From: Stegostoma tigrinum
Taxonomy: Eukaryota
Direction: 5' to 3'
Assembly: GCF_030684315.1 (NCBI RefSeq)
Contig: NC_081355.1
Coordinates: 80,438,924 to 80,502,923, forward strand
Length of the DNA: 64,000 nucleotides
Below, one piece after another: positions 11,010 to 22,900 of the stretch. A model generated the notes under the pieces. It saw only the letters and a program-made list of their open reading frames with translations, was not told where the DNA came from and did no database searches. Made by a program: the position numbers and the translations under genes. Position 1 is the first letter of the stretch. Each line of letters opens with the position of its first letter.

Positions 11010-11545
11010 TGGCTGAATGGTATTACTGCTGGACTGTTTAATCCAGAGACACAGGTAGTCATCAGTGGAGCCTCCGGTGAAGTGGTATTATTCTCTTCTG
11101 CTTGGAATTTATATTGTCTGGTCTGTTATGGTGAGCACTGTCATTTCCGTTTTGATCTGTATGGGTTTGTATATGAGGTCCAATTCTACGTGTTTGTTGA
11201 TTGCAGTACGGGTGGAGAACAGTGCCCCTATCTATGTTTGGCTTGGACTACTATGGTTACCTTGTCCCATTTGAATTGATGGCCTTCATTGTCTGAGTGT
11301 ACCGATATTAAGGAGAGTTCTTCGTGCCGTTTTGCTGCCAGCTGATGTTCACATGTTCTGATGGCTAGTTTCCTTCCTGCCTGTCCGATGTAATGTTTGT
11401 GGCAATTGTTCTCTACCTAGTCTGACCTACATGTGACTCCAGCCCCAAGACAATGTGGTTGGCTCCTAACTGCTCTCTGGGCAATTAGGGATGGATAATA
11501 GATGCTGGCCTAGCCAGCGATGGGCTCAATGAATTAAACAAAAGA
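11010..11545 (+). mobile_element. SINE (partner of LINE family B), interrupted by a PLE fragment
   Basis: The head aatggtattactgctggactgtttaatccagagac and the tail ...gggcaattagggatgg...atgctggcctagccagc...aatgaattaaacaaaa match the copy at 59455-59945. Confidence 0.65.
11056..11411 (-). pseudogene. PLE family B GIY-YIG endonuclease C-terminal fragment and start of the pseudo-LTR
   Basis: Hand translation: NNCHKHYIGQAGRKLAIRTCEHQLAAKRHEELSLISVHSDNEGHQFKWD, then after a frameshift AINKHVELDLIYKPI. It ends at ggaggctccactgatga, a truncated HHR. Confidence 0.85.
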
Positions 11546-11549
11546 CAGT

Positions 11550-12410
11550 ACCTGCAGTATAGTCTGCACTTTTCTTTGTATTGGTGCCCCTCAAATCAGA
11601 ACCCACTTCTATCATACCAGTTTTCAAGCCAGATGTTCATTTCACTAATCTTATATGCCCTCTGCAAATCGGCATATGACTCTGTTAATAATGCAGAAAT
11701 CATTACCCTTGAGGTTCTACTCTTCAGCTTAGTACTGAATACCTTGAGCGGTCTAAACAGAAATACTTTCCTACCCCTACCTATGTCTTGGGTAGCTATG
11801 CGGATCATTGTAACTGCATTCTTCACTCCTGTCCCAAGTTCCTGTCCTGCCATGAGCAGATGTACGATGGCACTGGGCAGATAACACAGCCTTCTGGACT
11901 CAGGATCTCTGCTACATAAAACATGCCTTACTTCCCTCACTGTACTCTACCTGACAACGTTCCTCAGCTCAGCCCTCCTTCAGTGAATGGCTTCCTGTGC
12001 CATGATGCCACTGTCAGTTAGCTCATCTAAACTACAGCCTTCTACCCTCATCCAAACAAGCTGAAAAAAAATCCTCAAACTGTCAGACAATACAAAGGCT
12101 GAAGCTTTTGCACTCATGTCCTCTGGGTCTCCAGGCCACTCGATCCGCAGACATCCTGCCCCTGACCATTGACTAAATCAGAACACATTATCTAAATGGG
12201 TATGACTACCTTGTGGAATAGATTGCCCAAGTAACCTTTCTGTCCCTGGTAGGGTGCAGATTCTGCAGCTTGGTCCCCAGCTCACTGAATCACTCTGGGT
12301 TTCTTGCAGCCGTAGCAACTAACTGTAGATGTGTTTGACCTGGAATGCACAGAAGTCAGAAGCACCTACAATCTGTAATTGCAACATATCACCATCCCTG
12401 CCATCTTTAT
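11550..12410 (-). mobile_element. Degenerate CR1 ORF1 (esterase and zinc-finger region)
   Basis: ORF 11596-11940 reads ...CYLPSA...KLKSRTSRVMISALL...MNIWLENW, paralogous to 8275-8826. Confidence 0.75.
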
Positions 12411-12794
12411 TGTGTATTAACTCATCACTAATGTTCACTTAATTTACTTATTAATGATACTTCTCTGATAAATCTATTTTACTGGCAATGCGTTTTTTTA
12501 ATAATGTTGAAAATATATAATTATTAATAAACTACCTGAGTTGTGATTGAAAAATGAACCTGATAGCCAAAGATAAAGCTCCTTTAATGGTTTGTGTCTC
12601 CCAAAGCTGAACACCTTCGTATTGTTTAAGCTTGTTCACTCTCTCACTGATATTGAATGCGGTGGTACTCCCTTTGCTGTTTCCAGCCTCCCAACTCTCT
12701 GGCTGTTTCTGAACACTACACCACCCTCTTGCACTGTATTAAGCTTCTCAATTCACTTACTCAGGTCCTGATGGATTTCATCCGATTGAAACAG

Positions 12795-13345
12795 CACAGG
12801 AAAAGAATCCCCTTCGGCTCTTTGCACCCGCACAGGTCAAAAACAATTATTTAACTATTCTAAGATAATAAAATGTGAGGCTGGATGAACACAGCAGGCC
12901 AAGCAGCATCTCAGGAACACAAAAGCTGACGTTTCGGGCCTAGACCCTTCATCAGAAAGGGTCTAGGCCCAAAACGTCAGCTTTTGTGCTCCTGAGATGC
13001 TGCTTGGCCTGCTGTGTTCATCCAGCCTCACATTTTATTATCTTGGAATTCTCCAGCATCTGCAGTTCCCATTATCTCATTTAACTATTCTAATCCCATT
13101 TTCTGTCACTTGTTTCAGAGCCTTGTCAACACAAGTGCACATCTAAGCACTTCTTAAATGTTATGAGGGTTTTATTCTGCCTTTACTACCCCTACGGACA
13201 GTGAATTCCAGATTTCCACCAGCCACTGGGTGAAAAAGATTTTCCTCACGGTCCCTTGTAAAACTCCGTCCATTTACTTTAAATCTACACCCCGTCCTCC
13301 AAGGGGAAAATTTTCTTCCCATCTAGTCTCTTTATGCCACTTAAA
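12795..13345 (-). mobile_element. CR1 3'-end fragment hosting a PLE foldback
   Basis: gtgaattccagatttccaccagccactgggtgaaaaagattttcctca is the reverse of the RxxFFTQxxxIWNSL region. Confidence 0.7.
12864..13078. mobile_element. PLE family A foldback mini-element; intact HHR core on the minus strand at 12928-12955
   Basis: Inverted arms meet at ~12956. TSD atttaactattctaa at 12849-12863 and 13079-13093. The plus-strand arm lacks CUGAUGA. Confidence 0.9.
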
Positions 13346-13639
13346 ACGTTTATACCTTTCAATCTACTGTGGCATTACTTCACAGAGATTAAAAAAAACA
13401 TAAGTTGGAAATAAAGCATCATTAAAGAATTGACTTTATAGCCAGATAAAAAAAAGTTCAAACAATCTTTACATTGTAGTAGCTCAGTGCAGGAGCTCTG
13501 CATGTGTTCCAACTGCCCACACCAGAGCTCAGTCCAACAGCCGTGCTTACTCTGCTCCAAGCCTCCAATCTGTTCCGTACCGGCACTCAGCTGCCCCAAG
13601 GTAAGTTGCAGGACTGTGTCCACTGCGCATGTCTCTGCC

Positions 13640-14150
13640 CAAGGCTCACAGCCCACGCTGGTCCTAGGGCTCACAGCCCACACTACACCTGGCACTCATA
13701 GCCCGTGCTTCTCCAGTGCTGGTTCCTCACACATTGCTCCAGAGACTCACAGTCCACTCTGCTCCAGGGACTCACAGCTCACACTGCTCCAGTGCTGCTT
13801 CCTCATGCGCTGCTCCAGGGACTCACAGCCCACTCTGCTCCTGGGACTCACAGCCCACTTTTCTCCTGGGACTGACAGCCTGCGCTGTTCCTGGGGCTGA
13901 CAGCACACGCTGTTCCTGGGACTGACAGCCCGCGCTGCTCCTGGGACTGACAGCCCACGCTGTTCCTGGGACTGACAGCCCGCGCTGTTCCTGGGACTGA
14001 CAGCCCACGCTGTTCCTGGGACCGACAGCCCGTGCTGTTCCTGGGACTCACAGCCCGCGCTGCTCCTGGCATTCACAGCCCGCACTGCTCCAGTGTCGCT
14101 TCTTCATGCACTGCTCCAAGGACTCACAGCCCACGCTGTTCCTGGATTCG
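13640..14150. repeat. GC-rich minisatellite with a 25-bp unit (ACTGACAGCCCRCGCTGTTCCTGGG)
   Basis: Units start at 13921, 13946, 13971, 13996, 14021 and 14046, and degenerate toward both flanks. Confidence 0.95.
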
Positions 14151-14310
14151 TCTCCAGGGCTATGGGGAGAAAAAAAAAAGAAAAATCGAGGGAAAAAAGG
14201 AAGATAACGAACAGGTGGAGCAGTGAAGCTCTGGCAGGATATCTTACCCCGTTACCAGCTTGCCGAATAGTTTTATCACCGAAATAAAATTGAGGGCCTC
14301 CCATTCTCTT

Positions 14311-14462
14311 GTAGAGATTCTGGATGTGAGTTTGCTCGCTGAGCTGGAAGGTTCGTTTTCAGACGTTTCATCACCATTCTAGGTAACATCATCAGTGAGC
14401 CTCCGACGAAGCGCTGGTGTTATGTCCCGCTTTCTATTTATCTGGTTAGGTTTCCTTGGGTT
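14311..14462 (-). mobile_element. PLE family B pseudo-LTR with HHR core at 14362-14395
   Basis: Reverse complement reads UCA-CUGAUGA-U-GUUACC(UAGAAU)GGUGAU-GAAA-CGUC-UGA. Nearly identical to 51603-51745. Confidence 0.85.
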
Positions 14463-14469
14463 ACCCTTT

Positions 14470-14790
14470 GGGGCGGCATGGTGACTCAGTGGTTAGCACT
14501 GCAGCCTCACAGCGCCAGGGACCCACGTTCAATTCCCGCCTCGGGCGACTGTCTGTGTGGAGTTTGCACGTTCTCCCCATGTCTGCTTGGGTTTCCTCCA
14601 GGTGCTCCGGTTTCCTCCCACAGTCCAAAGAAGTGCAGGTTAGATGGATTGCCATGCTAAATTTCCCACAGTGTTCAGGGGTGTGTGGGTTATGGGAGCA
14701 TGGGTCTGGGTGGGATGCTTCAAAGGGCGGTGTGGACTTGTTGGGCCGAAGGGCCTGTTTCCACACTGTAGGGAATCTAATCTAATCTAA
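14470..14790 (+). mobile_element. HE1-type V-SINE, full length
   Basis: tRNA-like head with A box tggtgactcagtgg and B box gttcaattcc. V-domain ctgtgtggagtttgcacgttctccccatgtctgcttgggtttcctcc. CR1-like tail gggccgaagggcctgtttccacactgtagggaa(tctaa)3. Confidence 0.93.
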
Positions 14791-15620
14791 CCCAGTTAAT
14801 GTTGGAGAAGTTGAAATTCCCTTCCATCGCTACCCTCTTATTTTTATACATCCCTGAAATTTACCTGCATATCTGCTCTTCTATTTCTCTCAAACTATTT
14901 CGGTTCCTACAGCACACTCCCAGCAATATGATTGCTCCTTTCTGATCTTTAATTTCTACCCAAATGGCTCCATTTGAGGAGCCTTCAAAGAAGATGCACG
15001 CATCAAAATTTCAATACCTCCTTTTCTTTTACCTTTTCCCTGTCTCGCCTGAAGACCCTACATTTTAGAATATTGATCTGCCAATTTGCCCTCTCTCAAT
15101 CGTGCCTCACTGACAGCAACAAAATCATACCCTCACGTTTCAAATTGTGGCCTCGAATCATCTGCCTTCTTTATCAGACTCTTTGCATTAAAATAAATAC
15201 AACCAACTTCGCTAAAATCCCTGGCACCTTAGCTAAGCCTAGAATGTGTATGCCTTAATGACTCCTTGTTGTCTCTTCCAATTTAGGCAATTCATTTTCC
15301 CTGCTCAATATTCTCTCTGGATCCCCTGCAATGCCCCTCTACCCCTGCCAATTTAGTTTAAACCCTCCCAACAGCATTACCTTCCCGCAAGGATGCTAGT
15401 CTCGTTCTGGTTCAATTGCAAGACATTCACCTTGGAAAGGTCCATCGCTCCAAAGTCCCAGAAATCTAAAGCCTTCCCTCCTGCGCCATCCCTCAAGCCA
15501 TGCATTCATCTGAAATAACCCTTTTTTTAAGGCTCACTCACATGTGGCACTTGAAATAATCCAGAAATTACAGCCTTTTAGATCCTGTTCTATCATGTAC
15601 TTCCTGACTCCCTGAATTAT
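14791..15620 (-). mobile_element. Old CR1 ORF1-ORF2 junction fragment
   Basis: Contains the reverse of gggaatttcaacttctccaacattaactggg (GxFNFxNINW) and tttagtttaaaccc (end of ORF1). Confidence 0.6.
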
Positions 15621-18600
15621 TTTGCAGAACTACAAAGAAGATGCTGTTTTCTACCTATTGCTTATCAGCAGTGTCCAGAAAATAAAGCTATCCATGAAAA
15701 AAGCTCAAGAGATGGTCTGCCTCTCTGTAGTTTTGACTTTTTTCAGTGAATTTTGGCCACAGGTCATTCAGGGTTAAGAATTATATTAACATGACTGCGG
15801 TATTGCTCTATTTGTGTCAGGAGACTGGCTCTGGAAGTGTAAAGCAATGATGCAAGATGACACAGGGTGGAATGAGCTTGTAGGACCTAAAAAGAAAATA
15901 ATCGCCCAACTTAATATTTCCACATTAGATTATAATAAGGGCTTGATTAGTTTTTACAGGTGATAACATTTCGCCTAAAACTCAGCCACACTCCTGCAAC
16001 CTTATATCCTGAAAATCACTTCTCAGAAATCAATTGCCCAGTACTCACTGAAATTCCAATGATGCTTTATGTACAGAATGCTTCTTGTAGGCTACTGCAT
16101 TTGATGTGTAGAATCAAAGCTCGTAAGAAATCATAAAGCAGCCACTATTGACTTTGACAGATCTTGTCTGGGCTGGTAATTCCTTTTCCCACCTCTGATA
16201 CTTCATCGTCCCCAAGCTATGCAGCAAGTGCCACATCTGATTCTTTACCTCTTTTATTTCCATAGTCTTCTGAATAAATCCTGGTTTACTTGCATATTTC
16301 AGTTGTGAGTTGATAGGTACAGATTCTAATTCTATTGCCCATGTGGCAGTATTTAAAATACACTTAACGTCAGAAATGTAGCCTATTTATATTGTGACTC
16401 CTGACAGATTCAATATTTGATGTGACCTGAGCTACACTGAATTGTTTTTTGTGCTGAGCATCATACATTTTAATCATCATTTGCTGTATTGCCACATTTT
16501 GCCCTTCTGCAGACAATCTTTCTCTTTCCTGTAAGGTTTTAGTTTGCTCTTTAAAGCAGAAGACAGGTCAGTTAATCTTCCCTACAATGCACTGGGGAGT
16601 AGCGAACACTCTGCACTCAGCCACATTAACATATTCTGTCACTATACCTGGAAGGCTTTTACTGTACAGGAGAACAGATATGAAATGTACAGCTTAAATG
16701 TGTCAGAAATTACCAGTGAATTAAAAGTACAGGTGAGTATGGAAAGAAAAGGCATATTGCCATCACTTTGCCTGACAGGAAATTTATTTTGCTATAGCTG
16801 AAATGTAATTAACCTCCACTGTGAGAAAACTCTATTACTAACAGCTATTCTGCCATGCAAAGTGCAGTGCATGGAAATGTTACAGGCTGTCAAGCAGAAA
16901 GACATACTTGTCTGAATTTTAAACTAAACTTTCATTTTTCCTCACATCCTGTTATCTTCAGTGAAGCCGCAAATTGATGGAATATATATAGTTTTTTAAA
17001 AAAGTATCAACCATTAAGAGGTTTCTGAAGATTTTCCTGAGCTAAAACACACAATTATACTAAGTTCTTTTGTGGGGGCGGGGATGAAATAACTATTTCT
17101 CTGTTTCATGAAAGGCAGTCTGCCATGTACCAGAGTGACATTCAACCATGAACAGTTTCACTGCAGCCATCTATAAGAAAATGTCACTGAGTCCTCCCTT
17201 GGTAATCAATTATGAACATTTTCACTGCTTCCTCTCATTTAAAGACAGAATGAAAAATTATCCTCCATTATTCGTCTGTTACTGAAAGTTCAAATGAAAA
17301 ATTCTTAGCCTATATGTTTTCTGATCACGGTTAACATTATTCACTCTGTTCCTTAGGAAGTTAACTAAAATGGCACAATCTTGTACAGCCCTTGGCTTAA
17401 AAGCCACATGAATATAGTGTTAGCTGGAAACTGCAGGGGGTGTAAATTTTTCTAAACTACAGGCTTTGCCTTAGAGTGACAGCTCTGCAATTAGAAGCTT
17501 CCAGCTCTTGCCTTGCTTAGCAATATGATGGTACTCATATATGCCTCATACTTTTTTGGATTTTGCATGACATATTTTAATGACATAGTTTCTTTTGAAA
17601 TGTTACATTTATTAATGCTACTGTAGCTTTTTTTGCTGTCTTGTGTTGTGTTATTAATTTTACCACTAGGGAGAAACAGAACAAGTGACTTAGTTTCCAG
17701 AGTATTATCAGAGTCCCAGACATTACTTACATCAGAGCTATCAATCTAAGAATATATTTCACTGACACTCAGAAATCATGCCTAACCCAAGGAATATTAT
17801 AGGGACATGTAGACCCTTTATCCTGTTATAATAAACAATATGTTAAAATGAAAAACTTTGATGTAGCAAACAGAGGAGTGGGAGAGGGTATGATGCAGTG
17901 GGAGAGAGCCAAGCAGTCATATGCTGCTTTCCTGTTTTGTTTTTCTATTTTTATCTTTAAAATTTCACACAAAAAATCATTCCATCCTTCCTTTCTTTCA
18001 TTGTATTGAATGGTAACAGTCTTCATGGTTCAAACATTTATGATATCCGATATAGATGTGTGATCTCAAATGGTACAATAGCTAACTTCTTGATTTATCT
18101 CCTCTTCAGTCTTGGCCTTAGGTGTGCTATGAAATATAGCGTTTTTGAATTTGTAAAATATACCTATCAAGACAAGTGAATCAGAATAGAGCCAACACTT
18201 GAATCAAGACCCAGGGTTTTAACATTCTTATATTAGAAATTTCGAAGCATGTGCAAAATCTTCCTTCAGTATGGGCTCCTTGAACTGTTAGTATTGTCAT
18301 TTGATGCTCAGACAGAAAACAAATCTAAAATTGAGCCCGTGAAGTTACACAGGAAGATATTAGGGCATGAAACCTTAACACAATCACTCGAGACTCACTT
18401 CGGTGTAATTTAATACAGGTGCTCTGTGTAAGATCAGGTCTGGGTTATTGTTAGGGGGGAGTCCATTCTTATATCAGTGACCGACCAACAACAACCTTAA
18501 TTAACTATAGCTATATAAAGGGGATAGTAAGATAGCACATCTGTGGAATCCTGAAGCTTTAGATCCCAGTTCCAGGTGATCTGATGCCATTATGCACAAC

Positions 18601-18744
18601 CTCAGTAGCTATTTTTTAGAGTAAAGGTATAGCTGACTCTTTACTCCATAGTGTTGAGCAATTGATTTTAAACTTTCTAGGTGCCGCCACTAACAGCTGT
18701 CTTCTCATGATGAAATTCACCAAGTTTTCACTCATACTGTAGTT

Positions 18745-18840
18745 CTGAGGAAGGGACTCAAAACATTAACTCTGCTTTACTCTCCACAGGTGCTTCCAGA
18801 CCCGTCGAGCTTCTCCAGCAATTTTTCTTTTTTGTTTGTT
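18745..18840 (+). mobile_element. Old PLE pseudo-LTR with decayed HHR
   Basis: ctgaggaagggactcaaaacattaactctg...gcttccagacccgtcgagcttctccagca is homologous to 33626-33710. Confidence 0.6.
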
Positions 18841-18899
18841 TCATCATTTTGTAGCTTTCATGAATACCAGCAGTGAATGTTGCAATGATGTATGCAATT

Positions 18900-19260
18900 A
18901 AACGTCACTACAGAACTACACACCGCACGACAGAAAAGAAAATGTTCCTCATGTGACCTCTTGGTCTTTTGACCCTCTTGACACTGGAAACAATGTTTCC
19001 AATTTTTTTCTATCATAACTCTCAGAATTTTGGACGTGTCTATTACATCTTTCTTCAACCTCTTTTGTTCTAAGGAGAGCAGTCCCAGCTTCTTTAGTCC
19101 ATCTCATAGATGAAGTCACTTTTTAGCACAACTTAATAAATCCCCTTTGCATTCTCTCCAATGTTTTGACATCTTTCTTAAGGTGTTGTGAGCAGAATTG
19201 AACATAATATGATGGCAGGAGTCTTAGCAAAGATTTATAAAGGTTTAGTGTAACTATTTT
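18900..19260 (-). mobile_element. Degenerate CR1 3' ORF2 fragment
   Basis: Reverse of cacaacaccttaagaaagatgtcaaaacattggagagaatgcaaaggg (xxKDVxxLERxQR). Confidence 0.65.
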
Positions 19261-19783
19261 GTGGTGTGACGTCTTTTAATGTGCAAGGAGCAGTACTGAT
19301 GTGATAAAGTTACTGGATGAGTAATACCTAAGTATATGATTGTTTTGCAATACTTGTGGTTGCAGAGGAGTAGGGATGCCCCATAGGCCAGAGGTTTTTG
19401 GTTTGTTTGTCAGTCCCTCTGCCCTTCCGATCGTAGAGTCTGGCATCAGCCAAATGCCTACATCTTTGCCCAGTCACAACTTTAAGTCACTGTCCCCCAA
19501 ACATAATTTCTGATATTCTACCCCAACGACCTAAACTACAGACTTTTCTCTTCCACTCCTGATCACTACATAACTGTAATGGATCCAAGATATGTCCCTG
19601 GGATGCTGGTATTCCTTTCCAACCACTGGCTCAGGTATCCTTTCAGTATATGCTAAGTAGCAGACAAAGCTATAAATGTTAAAATAATATTGTGACAAGG
19701 ATCACCACTCTCTAACACCAACTTTGCGTCTTTACCTGCCCCATTGCTTTGTTTGTCTTGTACTATCAATATTATTTTTAATT

Positions 19784-19993
19784 AAGCATCGATAAAATAT
19801 GAGGCTGGAGGAGCACTGTAGGTCAGACAGTATCAGAGGACCAGGAAAGTCAACAAATGGGGTAGGGACCCTTCATTGGGACCCTTCATCAGTTGATTTT
19901 CCTGCTCCTCGGATGCTGTCTGACCTGTTGTGCTCCTCCAGCTCCACGTTTTATCGACTCTGACTTCCAGCATCCACAGTCCTTGCTATTTCC
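19784..19993. mobile_element. Older PLE foldback mini-element
   Basis: Diverged inverted arms (gctggaggagcac...ggaaagtcaac / gttgattttcc...gtgctcctccagc). 12-bp TSD ttatttttaatt at 19772-19783 and 19994-20005. Confidence 0.8.
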
Positions 19994-22900
19994 TTATTTT
20001 TAATTGGTGTACTCTGATTTCCACTTTATCCTAGACCTACCCTATTATTTTCTCACTTCCACAACTCCATATCCTCCATCCATTTTCACTAAGTTTACAC
20101 CTCCAACATTTCCATGGAAAATGTACCTACCAGATTTAAGTTTCCAATGTGTTCACATTTTATTTTCCTTTAAGAACTGTAGGCTAGTCTTAAGCCATAA
20201 AGTCTTGCTTTAAATAGTGATATTACTAATAATATTACTAAATAATATTTGCTTTCCTGCTGAAGCACACAACAATGAAATATTTTGAAAGTGTGGCTGC
20301 ATGTACCAATTGTTATAATTAGTAAGCAGCTTGAAGTTGGCCTACTACCTGTATTCCACTTAATGATCACAGGTTAATTGTGCATCTCAGTCCTGATCTC
20401 ATGTTCTGGAGTGAACCAATTTATAAAACTAACTCTTTCATCAATATACTTCAGAAACCATAGAAAACTGAAAATACCCCGAGATATCTTGATTCTTAAA
20501 CTGACCTTACAACATATCAGCTTTCATTTATCTACAGTCTTACATCCCCCAAGCACGTCCCAAGAGATTTAAGAACATAAAAAAAAGCACATAAGAAGAG
20601 CTCATATACCCTCGAGCCTGCCCTGCCATTCAATATGTCATAGCTAATAATTAACTTTAGCTTCACTTTTCCACCCAATCCAATGCCACTTGAAAGTTCA
20701 AAGATCCGTCTATCTCAGCCTGAAATATATTATGTGACGGCCTAACAACAAGCTTCTGAGTTAAGGAATGTTAAAGACAACCAACCTTGAGTGTAGAAAT
20801 TTCTCGTCGTGTCAGTCCAAAGTGCTTGATCCATTAAGGGACGTTGAATCAGGAGGAAAGGCAGGGTAAAACACCAGTCACCCTCCTGACTCCATGGCTA
20901 ATTTGCTGCCATGTAAAGGATTTCATCCACCACTGATTGCAGGGGGATGATCTTCGCTACGTAGTGAGAATATTCAGTCAAGCTAGTAGCCGCTGTTTGG
21001 AGTTAGTTGTGAGGGACCTCCCTGACTAGGTGCCGGCTGTGGCTTTTGGAGGGTTTCCCAGTAGTAAGGCCAAGAAAATAAACTCCCTGCTTTGTGAACA
21101 GACATGACCTCAAAATCAGGCTGGGTACAAAACACACCTCTGACAAGAAATGAGCAGGACGGCAGCTTAGTAAGAGAGCTGGCAGTTCTCTTATTTCAAC
21201 CTCATCGAGGACCAATGTTTCAGGTAATTGTACTTCACAGAAATTATTATCTTTGTAATCCTCCAGTTCATATAGCCACAGCTACAGCCTCGAAGTGGGG
21301 CAAGATCGGTAGTGCCAGTAGTTGTCAAAGTGATCACAGCTCTTAATGCCTCAGAGAGGTGAGCAAAATGGACATTGAATGGACTTCTGATTTCCTCATG
21401 GAACAAGGTACCATTGACCACAAAAACATTAACTTGCATTGTCCTTAAGAATCTTAATATTTTTGTCAAGAAAAAAGATTCCATTCTTTCAATGTGGTTG
21501 CAAATAACAATGGGCTAAACATCTTACAGCTGAATGATGTCATGAGATCATAAGATATAGAAGCAGAATTAGGCCATTCTTCTCATTGAACCTTCTCTGC
21601 CATTCAATCATGGTGATATATTTGTCAACTCTGTCCTTCAGCCTTTTTATCCTGGTAAGTGTCTTTTATCCCAGGACAGTTTTTGTTCTAGCTGTGTAGA
21701 GACCACAGGACAGGTCAAAGGCCGCCTATTGGAAGAAAGGGTTATCCAATCATCACATGGGGCCAGACTCTGGTCCAGAACCCAAGCACATTGACACAGC
21801 AGGAAAACAATGGAATTTGTGTTTCATATTCAAATTTTATCAATTTATATGTTATATTCAAACTAAAAAATACTCATCTTTGTCTTTCTCTTAATATCTA
21901 TTCTCCATGTATCTTTGCCATCTTGGTGCTTCCATGGGAACTTTCTTCAGTGCCTGCACCATATCTGCATCAATGGCTATGGATTTTTAAGTTTGGAGTC
22001 TGTAGTGGGTCTTGGAGGTGCCTTAGAGTAGCTCAGTGTCTAGATATCAGATTAGTCTGGGCTTCAGGAGTCAAGCTAGCTGGCATACAGACAATAGCAA
22101 GGACACTGGAGGAGAGGTAAGGCAGGCAGCAGGAATGTTGGGTTCAAGGATATGCAAATAGAGAAGGCACCCAGTTCCATTTTGGAAAGAATGGACTGTA
22201 AATTGAGCGCAGATCCCTGCGCATATACAGAATTAGACTCCACTTTCACATTGCCTACAAATTTCTTTTCAGGCTTTCCAATAGCACCTAACATTTTGAT
22301 TGTTCATGCCTGTGAGCCGTCTTCTGATCCCTATGTCAGTGTTTTTATCTGAATCTTCTGCAACGGAACTATTGTGCAATCTTGGTCCACAGCAAGCTGA
22401 TGCCTGCACTATCCCACTCCTGCCCACTTGCGCTGATTTTCTTACTGCACCCAGATTCCTCCTTTTCTCAGTTTCAGAAATCTGTGTCTGAGTTGCATAT
22501 AAGTTTATAGCCTGGATTTTCAGAAGATAGAAATGGAAAGAAACCTGTAAAGATGATGGATATAATTTATGAGTAATTTTCAAAATCTATGCACTCTTTC
22601 CTTGTAAAGAGGAAATTTGCATGGCTTTGAGTAAAGAACACTGGTGAATGACTAATTGAGTTGCTCTTTCAAAGAGCCATAACAGGCATGATTAGCAAAA
22701 TGCCCTTCTCTGTGCAGCGCATTCAATACTTCTCTGATTCAATGATGCTGTGTCAATTGAATACAATGCTGATTGCTCAGAATGAAATGTTATCTTCATT
22801 TGGGGTTGCAGACTAGTAATGTGAGGATAAAGAACGGCAGTGGATTGTTAATGTTTTTCAGGTCCAATATAAGAATGTTTTTGCTTCCCTGGATTAGGAC

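Noticed and set aside
13640-14150. Cluster of overlapping Cys/Ser/Gln-rich ORFs and a CRISPR-like periodicity
   Set aside because: The units are contiguous 25-bp repeats with no unique spacers and no cas genes, in eukaryotic DNA. The ORFs are by-products of the repeat.
14470-14545. tRNA-like sequence
   Set aside because: It is the head of an HE1 SINE and continues into the V-domain and tail, so it is not a tRNA gene.
16670-16732. Possible 63-nt exon (cag|GAGAAC...GTACAG|gtgagt; ENRYEMYSLNVSEITSELKVQ)
   Set aside because: The donor is strong but the polypyrimidine tract is weak, the peptide is unrecognised and there are no partner exons. It would need RNA-seq support.
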